A DNA stretch of 64,000 bases from an uncultured Verrucomicrobiae bacterium. Lineage in GTDB: Bacteria > Verrucomicrobiota > Verrucomicrobiia > Limisphaerales > Palsa-1400. Below the pieces are notes generated by a model that worked only from the letters and a program-made list of their open reading frames with translations, did no database searches and was not told the DNA's origin. Shown here one piece after another: positions 9,321-18,849 of this stretch (position 1 is its first letter; every line of letters starts with the position of its first letter). The stretch covers positions 96,001-160,000 of the forward strand of contig CAVPOM010000010.1 of assembly GCA_963707025.1 (NCBI GenBank). Direction: 5' to 3'. The position numbers and the translations under genes are program-made.

Positions 9321-10813
9321 TGAGCTGGACCCCTATTTTTAGACCACAGGTAAGTTTCGATTTTTGCCGGTTTGCTGTAGATAAGAAAGAGCAGACTTAT
9401 GAAAGCAAAACGGAAAAGACACAGTGCGGCCTTCAAGGCCAAAGTGGGATTCGAAGCCCTGGTGGGGCTGAAGACGGTCGCGCAATTGGCGCGAGAGTAT
9501 GCGGTGCATCCGGCGCAGGTCACGCAGTGGCGGGCGACGATTCGGGATCACATGCCCGAATTGTTTGAGCCCGGGCAACCCCGCACGGAGGATCAGGAAC
9601 AGTTGATTGCCCAACTGCATGAGAAGATTGGCCAACTGACGGTGGACTTGGACTGGCTTAAAAAAAAGTCCAGGCAACTGGGGCTTTAACATGTTTAATC
9701 GCTCCCGATCCGCAGCTCAGCGTGCGGCGCCAGTGCGAGCTGCTGGCGGTGTGCCGTGGCAGTTATTATTACCAGTGCTGTCCGGAGACAGAGGAGAACC
9801 TGGCGCTGATGCGGCGGTTGGACCAGATGCATTTGGACCACCCGGTTTATGGCAGCCGCAAACTGACCGTGCTGTTGCGCCGGGAGGGTTTGACCATCAA
9901 TCGCAAACGGGTGGTGCGGCTGCTGCGGTTGATGGGGATCGAGGCGATTTACGCCAAGCCCAAGACGAGTCTGCGGGAGATGGGGCACCAGATTTATCCG
10001 TATCTGTTACGCAATTTGGCAGTGACGGGACCGGATCAGGTTTGGTGTTCGGACATTACGTATGTGCCTATGGCAACTGGGTTTATGTATTTGGTGGCGG
10101 TGATGGATTGGTGGAGTCGTTACGTGCTGGGATGGCGCTTGAGCAACACGTTGGAGGCGGACTTTTGTGTGGACGCTTGGGAGGCGGCGTTGCGGGCGGG
10201 GCGTCAGGCGCCGTTGATTTCCAATACCGACCAGGGATCGCAGTTCACCTCCCCGATGTTTATCGATGCGGTGGAATCGGCGGGGGTGGACGTGAGCATG
10301 GACGGACGGGTCGCTGGATGGACAACCGGTTTATCGAGCGGCTGTGGCGGAGCGCCAAGTATGAGGACATTTATTTGCAAGACTATGGCGACGGGTTGGC
10401 GGCAGGGCGCGGACTGGGCCGGTGGTTTGACGGCTACAACCGGGAACGACCGCACCAGGCGTTGGGCTATGCGACGCCGGCGGACGCGTATTTTGATCCC
10501 GGCACGCATGGAGCCCAACCGGCCAAATGGGAAGCGATGCAACCTGCCAGAGGCAGGAGCGATCGCAGCACTTGACAGAGAGGCAGGCGGCAGGAAAAGG
10601 CTTGAAATCAGACCGCCTGCGGCGGTAGAGTTGAGAACCCTAAGAAAACGGAGAGGGAGGACGGGCAGTGCTCCGCATCGCTCGTTCTCTCTTTTCGAAA
10701 GGGGTTTGAAACACGGAATGAACAGTAGTCAACTACAATTAGTAATGACAGCAATCGGCAAAAGTCGCGCTTATTTCATGCGCTCCGTGGTCTAAAGGAT
10801 GGGGTCCACCTCA
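9321..10813 (+). mobile_element. IS3-family element, copy 1 (orfA 9399-9689; orfB ~9722-10575, frameshifted near 10310)
   Basis: TG...CA ends with IRs TGAGCTGGACCCCTATTTTTAGACCAC / TGAGGTGGACCCCATCCTTTAGACCAC; GGC TSD; A8G slippery site near 9660; DDE motifs WCSDITY, NTDQGSQF and IERLWRS. Confidence 0.97.
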
Positions 10814-13800
10814 GGCATCGGCTCCGCTCAGGGCATATCCGCACACGGTGACTGGAATGTCCGCGCCAGCATTCGGGGCGGCAAAGGCAGCCGCCACCTC
10901 GTTCGTGACCAGGTTCACATCGTCCCCGCTGGCCTCTCCCTCCAAGGCGGCAACCCCGCTCAACTGCGCGTTGGTGGTCCCGTCATACACCTTGGACAGC
11001 GCCGCCAGGCCGGTCACCGTCAATCCGGCCGGGGTGATGCTGGCCGTCAGATTGGTCGGATCCACCACTGCGTAATTGCTGGCCCCCGCCCCGCCCAACG
11101 CCAAACCTGTTACTGTGACCGGCTTGTTCGTCCCCACATTCTTGTCCGCAAAATAGGCCGCGGCATTGCTGGCCACCAGCGTGACGCTGTCGCCGTTCAA
11201 CACGCCTTCCAAACCGGCATTGGTGGCATCCAAAGCGGCATTGGTCGTGCCGTCATAGACTTTGTCCACCGCCAGCAGGTTGGTCACGGCCAAGCCCGCC
11301 GCGGTGATGGTCAGCGCACCGTTGGTCAGATTATAGCTATAATTGGCGTCGCTCAACGTGCCTGGCCCCACGTCAATGGGATAAGAACCGACCGGGCTGT
11401 TGGACATGGCGATGGTGCTCAAGACCGCGCTGCCGCCCAGCACGGTGGGGTCCTCTCCGTTGACAAAGCCCGTGTAGGAGGCCCTCAGGGTCGGAACAGT
11501 GGAGCCGTAGGAGATGGAAAGATCGTTAGCCGTGACGCCCAAGGGCGCTGGCGCCACAGATACATCGCCTGGGACAAAGGAGAAGACGTAGTTGGTCGCG
11601 CTCAATGTGCCTTGCATGACCGAGATGGGATAAGGACTATTGGTTACCGGGCTGTTGGTGGTCGCGGTGGTGCTGACTGCGGCGCTGCCGCTCAAGACGC
11701 TGGCGGTGTCTCCGTTGACGAAGCCGCTGTAGCTGACGGTCAAAGGCGGCAGAAGGCTGCCGTACTGGTTGGTGATGCTCGTGGCCGTTACGGTCAATGC
11801 GGCCTGGGCCACGTTAAAACTCGCGCTCACAGCGCTCGCCAGACCGCTGGCGCTGGCGGTCAACTGCTTGTTGCCCGAGGAATTAATCTGCAAACCGGAG
11901 AATGTGACCACTCCATTTCCCGTGTTGAGTCCGATGTCCAGGTTTGCCGTGCCTAGAAGGGAACCCGCGCCCGACGAGAGCGACAAGGTCACGTTCAAGC
12001 TCAGGTTCAAACCAGAAATGGAACCATTACCATACGCATCCTGGGTGATGACCACCGGCTGAACGCCGAAGGGGGAACCCACGGCAGCCGAACCGGGCTG
12101 CGCGGAAAATGCCAGCCGCGCCACGGTTCCGGGATTTACCTGGACGATGCTCGAAGTTGCGCCCGTCAATGCACCGCTGTTGAAATCTACGCTGATCGGG
12201 ACAGCCACGTCGTGGGCGAGGTTGACGAATGTTGCCACGCCGTTGACGTTGGTCGCGGTCAGCGTGCCCTGCAACACGCCGGAACCGCTGCCGGCGTCGC
12301 GAGCAGCCATGACCACGGTGCCATTGTCCGCGCTGCATAAATTTCCAAATTGATCTTCAACAAGGATGACGGGTTGTTGAGCGAATGGAACGCCCGACAT
12401 GGCGACCGACGATGGTTGGGTCTGAATGACAAGCTGGCTTCCCGCGCCAGCACATACCACCGTGCCGGAAGATGTTGCCAAAGTCAGAGTGCCAGAGGTG
12501 AAATCAATAGTGATGGTTTCGGCGACCTGATAACCGAGATCGGTGAAGGTCACGACACCGTTGGCGGCGGTGGCCGTCAGCGTGCCGAGTAATGTCCCCG
12601 ATCCCTGGTCGAGCGAGGCGGCAACCACCGTGCTGTTGTCAGCATTGCGCAGATTGCCAAATTGGTCCTGCACTTGAACTGCCGGCTGTTGCGAGAACAC
12701 GACGCCCGCCGTGGCCGCGGCGGAAGGCTGGATTTGAAGGGCCACCTGGCTCGCCACCGCGGGACTGACCACGGTGTTGCCCGAATTTATGGCAGCGACA
12801 CCCGAAGCGGTGAAACTGAGCGCGATGGTTTCGGCCACTTGATAGCTCAACCCGCCGAAGGTGGCAATTCCGCCCACGGCAGTGGCCGTGGCCGGCCCTT
12901 GCAGCGTGCCTGTTCCAGTGTTGATTCCTGCGGTGACCACGGTGGAATCGTCTGCGTTGCGCAAGTTGCCGAATTGATCTTCAATTTGAATCACCGGTTG
13001 CTGGGCGAACTCGACTCCTGCGGCCGCGCTGGAAGAGGGTGCGGTCTGGATGCCAAGTTGGGTGGCCGCGCCGACAACTTCCGCGAGAAAACCGAAACTC
13101 GTCGAGCTGGCCGTCACGCCTTGTATGACCGCGGTGCCCGAAACCACCAAATTGCCGCTGGCAAGCGGTGTGCCCGCTGAGGGCTGCACGCTGACATTTT
13201 GCCAAGTGAGCGAGCAGGTCACCCCGCCGCTGCTGGCTGATGCGACCGTGAACGTCAGCTTATTGGCGGTTTGGGAAGTCATGGCCAGGGATGTTCCGCT
13301 GGCCACACCGTTGATATTTAACGAATTGGCGCCTGATCCCCCAACCCGCGTGATGAGCACAGTCGGAGCGGGGCCGCTCGTATTGAAAACGAATCCGGCG
13401 GGCGCCTTAAGAATGATGGTTCCGGCGCCGACGTTGCCATTTTGGATTTCCGTGTAAACCGGCCCGGTTAAATTTGTATAAGCTCCTCCTGTGGCATCGG
13501 CGGAGATGGCGGAGCCGCCCGTGGCCGGCGTGAGCAAACTGCCGGGGCCAAACCCAACCACGAACCAACCGACATCTGCCTGATCCCCAGTATCATTGCG
13601 ATCCAGCGCAGGCTGCGTGGCACTGGTCACCGCCAGAGTGGCGGACCCGACTCCCAGCACACTGCCGGTGGACGCAGACCGCCCGGTGTTTTGGCCGCCC
13701 ACCGGTTGCACAGAGGCAAAAGCCGCCGCGCGATTGGTGTCGAGGCTGAGGAGCGTGACGTTGGTTTCCCCGATGCCGTTGGCGAGGGTCACCGAGCCGC

Positions 13801-16800
13801 CCTGCACGGTGGAACCATCGTTGAGTTGGACGGCCTGCCAGGCAATTTCCGAAATGTCGTCCGGCGCGCCGGAAATGCTGCGGTCAAAAGCCATGGTGCT
13901 GGCCCCGGTCCATTGCGCCCGCAACATCCGCGCGCCCACATTGGCGCCCGAACCAGAAGTGCGATAACCGGTCAGCAAAAAGGTGCTGTTCGTATTGACT
14001 GGCGCCGCCAGCGTGGCGGTGGCCAGCAGGTTGGTTCCAGTGAGGTTTGTCACCGAGCCTTGTTGGACACTGATGCTCGCCGGATTGAGAAACTCAATCA
14101 CCTGCCAGAAAATGACCGGCACGGAGGACGGCGCTGCGCCGACGCGAAATTGCAGATTGCCCGTGCCCGTGATTTCACCAATAACCGGATCGCTGTCAGT
14201 AAAAGCCGTCTCGGCCGGATCCGGCGTTTTCGACCAGGTGACAAACGCTTGATTGGTTGCAGCAAGCGGAGTTAAGGGCACGTTGATGGTCGTGTTGGTC
14301 TGATTGACTTGACCGCGTTGCACCAGGACACCGGCCGAATACTCGACCACATACCATTGAATGTCCATCGTGGACGTCTCGGAAGTGACACGGACAAATT
14401 CCACCGAATTGGAGGACGCGATACACCCGCCGATCATCGAGCCGCCCGGAACGCTGCTGTTGTGGCGCGTGTTGAAAATGAGGAACGCGCTAGGCGGGTT
14501 GACCGCCGCTGCCAGCGTGGCGATGTTGGTGCCGGCACCGGAACTGGTTAATGTGCCGCTTTGCACGTCCTTAATCGCCGCCAGCGCCGCCGCGGTGAAA
14601 ACCAAATTCAAATTGTTTCCCGATTGGCTGAGGAAAAAAGATCCCGCACCAAGAGGATTTTGAAACGCGGAAGTGTCAATAGTGAAAGCAGCGGGATTAA
14701 ACCCGGTGATGCCGCCGCTGGCGCTGGCAATCGTCCAAACATACGTGGCGGTGTCGTCAAAATTCGAGGTGAGTCCGGCGGCGTCGCTCAAATTCAGAGA
14801 AACCACTTTGATGACGAACTTGCTGCCGGCGGTTGCGTTGATCGTGAGCGTCCCGGATATATTCATCCAATCCCAGCCGGGGTCGGATCCCTGCGAGCCC
14901 GCGGCCTGGTTGATCTCCCAGACAAAATTGCCGGCGCCGGCCCACGTTTGCGAGCCGCTGCTCAAGGTCCCCGCACCGCCGGCGCCGGGGGCATTGGTGC
15001 CGCCGGTGTTGACGGCCACGCTTCCCACCGTGCCGTTGCCGGACAAAGTCGCGCCGGAAGAGATCGTCACCGCGCTGCCCGGCAAACTTCCGGTAACCTG
15101 TAAATTGCCGACGTTGATGGTGGTCGCTCCGCTGTAGGAATTCGCCCCGGCAAGGATTTGCGTTCCCGCGCCAACCTTGGTCAACGCCCCGGTGCCGCTG
15201 ATGGCTCCTGAGAAACTGGCGGTGCCGGCACTTCCCACCGTCAATTTTCCGCTGCCCAAAGTCACGCTGCCTGCTCCGGCCAGGGACGCGATGGTCTGGT
15301 TGAAGTTATTCAGATTGAAAACAGCGCCGTTGCTGACGACGAGCGGCGAGGCGCTGGCCAGGCGCGAATTGGCGCTGATTTTCAGCGTGCCCGCGCCGAC
15401 GGTGGTGGCGCCGGTGCAGGTGTTGGCGCCGCTTAAAACCATCGTGCCGCTGCCAACCTTTGTGAAACTTCCCGTGCCACTGATGACGGCGGAATTTGTC
15501 GTGGAAAGATTGTCGCCGCCCGCCGTCAAAGAACCGCTGCCCAAAGTCACCTTGCCCGCCGCTGTCGAGGCCAGCGAACCGACGGTTACGTTGAAACCGT
15601 TTATAGCGAAAGTCGCGCTGGCGGCTGTGATTTTGACGGGGGTGAGGCTGGACAGCCCCTGGTTGCCGCCCAATTGCAAGGTGCCTGCGCTGATGGTTGT
15701 CGTGTTGGTGCAAGTGTTGTTGCCGCCCAAGGCCAAAAGGCCGGTGCCGCTTTTGGTGAGCGCGCCCGCCCCGCTGATGACGCCATTGAATGTATTCGTG
15801 AAACCAGTTCCGGTATTGAAAGTGGCCGTTCCTGCATTGAGGACCATGTTGCGCGTCGAGGAGAAGGAAGCCGTGGTCGTCAGTGTCGCGCTGTTGGAAA
15901 AAGTAAGTGTGCCACCGGGGTTGCCCAAGGCGGCGTCTGAACCGATGGTGATGGTTCCGGCCGCATTCGTTGTGCCCCCCAAATACGAGTTCGTGCCGGT
16001 CAAGGCCAGAGTCTTGGTGCCGATCTTGGTCAAAAAGCCCGGTCCGCTGATGGTTCCCGAAAGTGTGAGCGTGGTGCCGCCCGCGCTGATGACGCCGCCT
16101 TTTGTTCCTAGAACAACCGCCCGCGCGGAAGCCAATGTTTTGGTCGTCGTGAACGTGCCACCGTTGAGAGTGAGCGTGCCGCTGGCATTGCCCAACCCGG
16201 TGTCGGCGGCGACGCTGATGGCCCCGGCGTTGATCGTGGTGCCGCCGGAATAGGTGTTGACGCCGCTCAGGGTCATCGTCGCAGCGCCGGCTTTGATCAG
16301 GCTGCCTGTGCCGCTCATCGCCCCGGAAAAAGTCGTGGCGGCGGAGTTTCCAACGCTCAGCGTCCCGCCGCCCAATGTCACGCTGCCTGCTCCGGCCAAC
16401 GAGAGAATGGTCTCATTGAATCCGTTCAAATCCAAAGTCCCGCCGGCATTGACCGTGACGGCGGACGCGCTGCTGGCACCTCCAGACACGCTGAACTGCA
16501 CCGTGCCGCCGCTAATCGTCGTCGTGCCGCTGTAAGTATTCGCGCCGCCCAATGAGAGCAGCCCGGTGCCGACTTTGACAAACCCGCCCGTCCCGTTTCC
16601 AAGGACGCCGTTGAAAATAATGACGCCGGCGTTCGTGAACGTGGTTTGCAGAGTGGAATTAATGATGTTCGCCTGCAAAGCGAATGTGCCGGCGTCGCAG
16701 CCAATGGTCGAGTTCGCGGCGAGCGTGATCGTTCCGTTCCAGGTATTGCTGCCGCTGACGCTTCTCAGCGCCCCGCCGCCGCCGATGCCGTTCCCGCTCA

Positions 16801-17503
16801 GAGTCAGGTTTTCCCCGGTTACGACAATGCCTCCTTGCAACTGCAGGGCGGCGCCGCTGGAAACGGTCGCGCCGGAAGCCGTTGCGCCCAAAGCCGCGCC
16901 GTTTAGAACAGCGAGGACGCCTGCGCTGACAGTGGTTTGTCCGCCGTAGGTGTTGACGCCGCTGAGCGTATTCGTGCCCGAGCCGGTTTTGGTCAGGCCT
17001 CCCGTGCCACTGATAACGCCGCTGATCAGCATATTTGAAGTGCCGCTGACAGTCAGAAGATTGGTGTTATTGTTGACATTGCCGGCAAAGACGATACTGC
17101 CGGAGGTTGCGCTCCAGGTTTGGTTCGCTGCCAGCGCAATCGCATTGCTGATGGTTTGAGGGTTCGTGCAATTGTTGACCACTCCGCCGTTGCCGATGGT
17201 CAGCGTGCTGCCTCCGAGCACAAATCCGCCGGCGGTGTTGTTGAAAGTCAGCGATTGAATGGCCCAGGCCGCATCCACGTTGGGCGCAAGTTGGTTGGTT
17301 CCGGCCAGGACGATTGCCGCCGTTCCATTATTGGTTGGGGCGATGCCTCCGCTCCAGTTCAGGCCGGTGCTCCAGTTGTTATCGCTCCCATTGCCATTCC
17401 AGGTGAAGGTGGCCGCTTGGGAAGAGGCGTACACCAGAAGGCTTGAACAGACCGCCAGGAATCCATGCCTGATGATGCTGTTGGTTGTGGAACGATGTAT
17501 CAT
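10811..17503 (-). CDS. Giant surface adhesin-like protein (autotransporter-associated beta-strand repeats, Ig-like, MBG- and YDG-like domains), truncated by IS3
   Basis: Signal peptide ending SQA-ATFTWNG; many 'LTKxGxGTLxLxGxNTYxGxTTIxxG' repeats; YSGFVNGD (MBG) and KVYDGTTNA (YDG) motifs; the stop codon is supplied by the IS end. Confidence 0.92.
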   Translation of the reverse strand: MIHRSTTNSIIRHGFLAVCSSLLVYASSQAATFTWNGNGSDNNWSTGLNWSGGIAPTNNGTAAIVLAGTNQLAPNVDAAWAIQSLTFNNTAGGFVLGGSTLTIGNGGVVNNCTNPQTISNAIALAANQTWSATSGSIVFAGNVNNNTNLLTVSGTSNMLISGVISGTGGLTKTGSGTNTLSGVNTYGGQTTVSAGVLAVLNGAALGATASGATVSSGAALQLQGGIVVTGENLTLSGNGIGGGGALRSVSGSNTWNGTITLAANSTIGCDAGTFALQANIINSTLQTTFTNAGVIIFNGVLGNGTGGFVKVGTGLLSLGGANTYSGTTTISGGTVQFSVSGGASSASAVTVNAGGTLDLNGFNETILSLAGAGSVTLGGGTLSVGNSAATTFSGAMSGTGSLIKAGAATMTLSGVNTYSGGTTINAGAISVAADTGLGNASGTLTLNGGTFTTTKTLASARAVVLGTKGGVISAGGTTLTLSGTISGPGFLTKIGTKTLALTGTNSYLGGTTNAAGTITIGSDAALGNPGGTLTFSNSATLTTTASFSSTRNMVLNAGTATFNTGTGFTNTFNGVISGAGALTKSGTGLLALGGNNTCTNTTTISAGTLQLGGNQGLSSLTPVKITAASATFAINGFNVTVGSLASTAAGKVTLGSGSLTAGGDNLSTTNSAVISGTGSFTKVGSGTMVLSGANTCTGATTVGAGTLKISANSRLASASPLVVSNGAVFNLNNFNQTIASLAGAGSVTLGSGKLTVGSAGTASFSGAISGTGALTKVGAGTQILAGANSYSGATTINVGNLQVTGSLPGSAVTISSGATLSGNGTVGSVAVNTGGTNAPGAGGAGTLSSGSQTWAGAGNFVWEINQAAGSQGSDPGWDWMNISGTLTINATAGSKFVIKVVSLNLSDAAGLTSNFDDTATYVWTIASASGGITGFNPAAFTIDTSAFQNPLGAGSFFLSQSGNNLNLVFTAAALAAIKDVQSGTLTSSGAGTNIATLAAAVNPPSAFLIFNTRHNSSVPGGSMIGGCIASSNSVEFVRVTSETSTMDIQWYVVEYSAGVLVQRGQVNQTNTTINVPLTPLAATNQAFVTWSKTPDPAETAFTDSDPVIGEITGTGNLQFRVGAAPSSVPVIFWQVIEFLNPASISVQQGSVTNLTGTNLLATATLAAPVNTNSTFLLTGYRTSGSGANVGARMLRAQWTGASTMAFDRSISGAPDDISEIAWQAVQLNDGSTVQGGSVTLANGIGETNVTLLSLDTNRAAAFASVQPVGGQNTGRSASTGSVLGVGSATLAVTSATQPALDRNDTGDQADVGWFVVGFGPGSLLTPATGGSAISADATGGAYTNLTGPVYTEIQNGNVGAGTIILKAPAGFVFNTSGPAPTVLITRVGGSGANSLNINGVASGTSLAMTSQTANKLTFTVASASSGGVTCSLTWQNVSVQPSAGTPLASGNLVVSGTAVIQGVTASSTSFGFLAEVVGAATQLGIQTAPSSSAAAGVEFAQQPVIQIEDQFGNLRNADDSTVVTAGINTGTGTLQGPATATAVGGIATFGGLSYQVAETIALSFTASGVAAINSGNTVVSPAVASQVALQIQPSAAATAGVVFSQQPAVQVQDQFGNLRNADNSTVVAASLDQGSGTLLGTLTATAANGVVTFTDLGYQVAETITIDFTSGTLTLATSSGTVVCAGAGSQLVIQTQPSSVAMSGVPFAQQPVILVEDQFGNLCSADNGTVVMAARDAGSGSGVLQGTLTATNVNGVATFVNLAHDVAVPISVDFNSGALTGATSSIVQVNPGTVARLAFSAQPGSAAVGSPFGVQPVVITQDAYGNGSISGLNLSLNVTLSLSSGAGSLLGTANLDIGLNTGNGVVTFSGLQINSSGNKQLTASASGLASAVSASFNVAQAALTVTATSITNQYGSLLPPLTVSYSGFVNGDTASVLSGSAAVSTTATTNSPVTNSPYPISVMQGTLSATNYVFSFVPGDVSVAPAPLGVTANDLSISYGSTVPTLRASYTGFVNGEDPTVLGGSAVLSTIAMSNSPVGSYPIDVGPGTLSDANYSYNLTNGALTITAAGLAVTNLLAVDKVYDGTTNAALDATNAGLEGVLNGDSVTLVASNAAAYFADKNVGTNKPVTVTGLALGGAGASNYAVVDPTNLTASITPAGLTVTGLAALSKVYDGTTNAQLSGVAALEGEASGDDVNLVTNEVAAAFAAPNAGADIPVTVCGYALSGADA

Positions 17504-18205
17504 GGGTGTCCGATGGTCCTCAGCAATCAAGGGCCGTGCTTCGAGCCAAATGGAGGTGCAAGTTCGGTGCTGGCGATGCGTTCTGGAGCCTCGGCACATC
17601 ATTCTTCTCATAGTTCTTGGGGCCAACTACAATTAATATTGGACCTTTTGACGGGTTGCCCCGTCAATGCGTGTCCAGAATTCAGCCAACTCCGTTATAT
17701 ATCGGTCAATAATGATTTTACCTTAGTGGATTTCCCGGATGAGCCATTAGCGGAATATCCGATGCATCTCCAAGCCGCTGATGCGCAATACATTAGGTGA
17801 TGCTGCTCGCCTACAGAATACCAGGAGAGGGCGAACCAATGTCTGCATCATCAGCAGTATTTACCGGCGGGGGACAAGATAATTCGCGACCAAAAAAAGC
17901 GGATGTGAGGCCAGCCCTATTGGGAGGCCGTGATCGCAGGATCACGACAAATCAAGCGTCAAGGCAGGATATGCGTCGAGGTGATGAAATTGCGCATGGG
18001 TTTGATATGGACAATGCCATTATTGAAATTGGAGCGGGTTGAAGGGAATCGAGCTCTCGTCTCACCTCGAACGGCTTCGGGAAAGACGATGAGCGGGATG
18101 AGGAGGATGCAGGATGTCCTGCCCCGGACGAAATCGAGCACGATCCAGATGGCGTCGGTGAATATAAGCCTTGCGCGGGCATCCACCCTCTTGTCCCGCT
18201 CGCCC

Positions 18206-18670
18206 ATGCCTTTCATTCTGTCTTTGGATCAGGGGACAACCAGCTCCCGGGCGATTGTCTTTGAGCATGGGGGCGCCATCCGCGCCGCGGCGCAAAAGGA
18301 GTTTCAACAAATTTTCCCCCGAACCGGGTGGGTGGAGCATGACCCGCGCGAGATCTGGTCCAGTCAGCTTGAGGTCGCCCGCACGGCGCTGAGGCGGGCC
18401 GGGATCAAAGCGGGCGATCTGGCGGCCATTGGCATCACCAACCAGCGCGAGACCACCGTCCTCTGGGACCGCGCCACCGGCGAACCGGTCCATAACGCCA
18501 TCGTGTGGCAGGACCGGCGCACCGCTCCCTTCTGCGATGAGCTGAAGCGGGCCGGGCATGAGGACCTGATCCAGCGCAAAACCGGCCTGGTCATTGACGC
18601 TTATTTCTCGGGCAGCAAAATGCGCTGGCTGCTGGATCATGCGCCCGGCGCACGGGAGCGGGCGCGCGTT
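18206..18670 (+). pseudogene. glpK: Glycerol kinase, N-terminal ~155 aa only
   Basis: [40 protein letters not shown] and DAYFSGSK; similarity ends after GARERAR. Confidence 0.9.
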
Positions 18671-18849
18671 TTCCAGAGGTCTCAAGTTAAGAAATGCCCC
18701 CTGCCGGATGGCGTTGCATTGCGTGTGCCGGATTCGCCGGCGCCATTAATATGTCAATACTATTTATCTCCGGGTCCCGCGCCCGCCGCGGCCAAATCTC
18801 AACCGCGGCCGAATGACGGCGCAACCGGGCGGTCCGGCGGGCGGTGCAT

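Noticed and set aside
17640..18200. Short ORFs between the adhesin and glpK
   Set aside because: No recognisable motifs or consistent frame; probably regulatory or decayed sequence.
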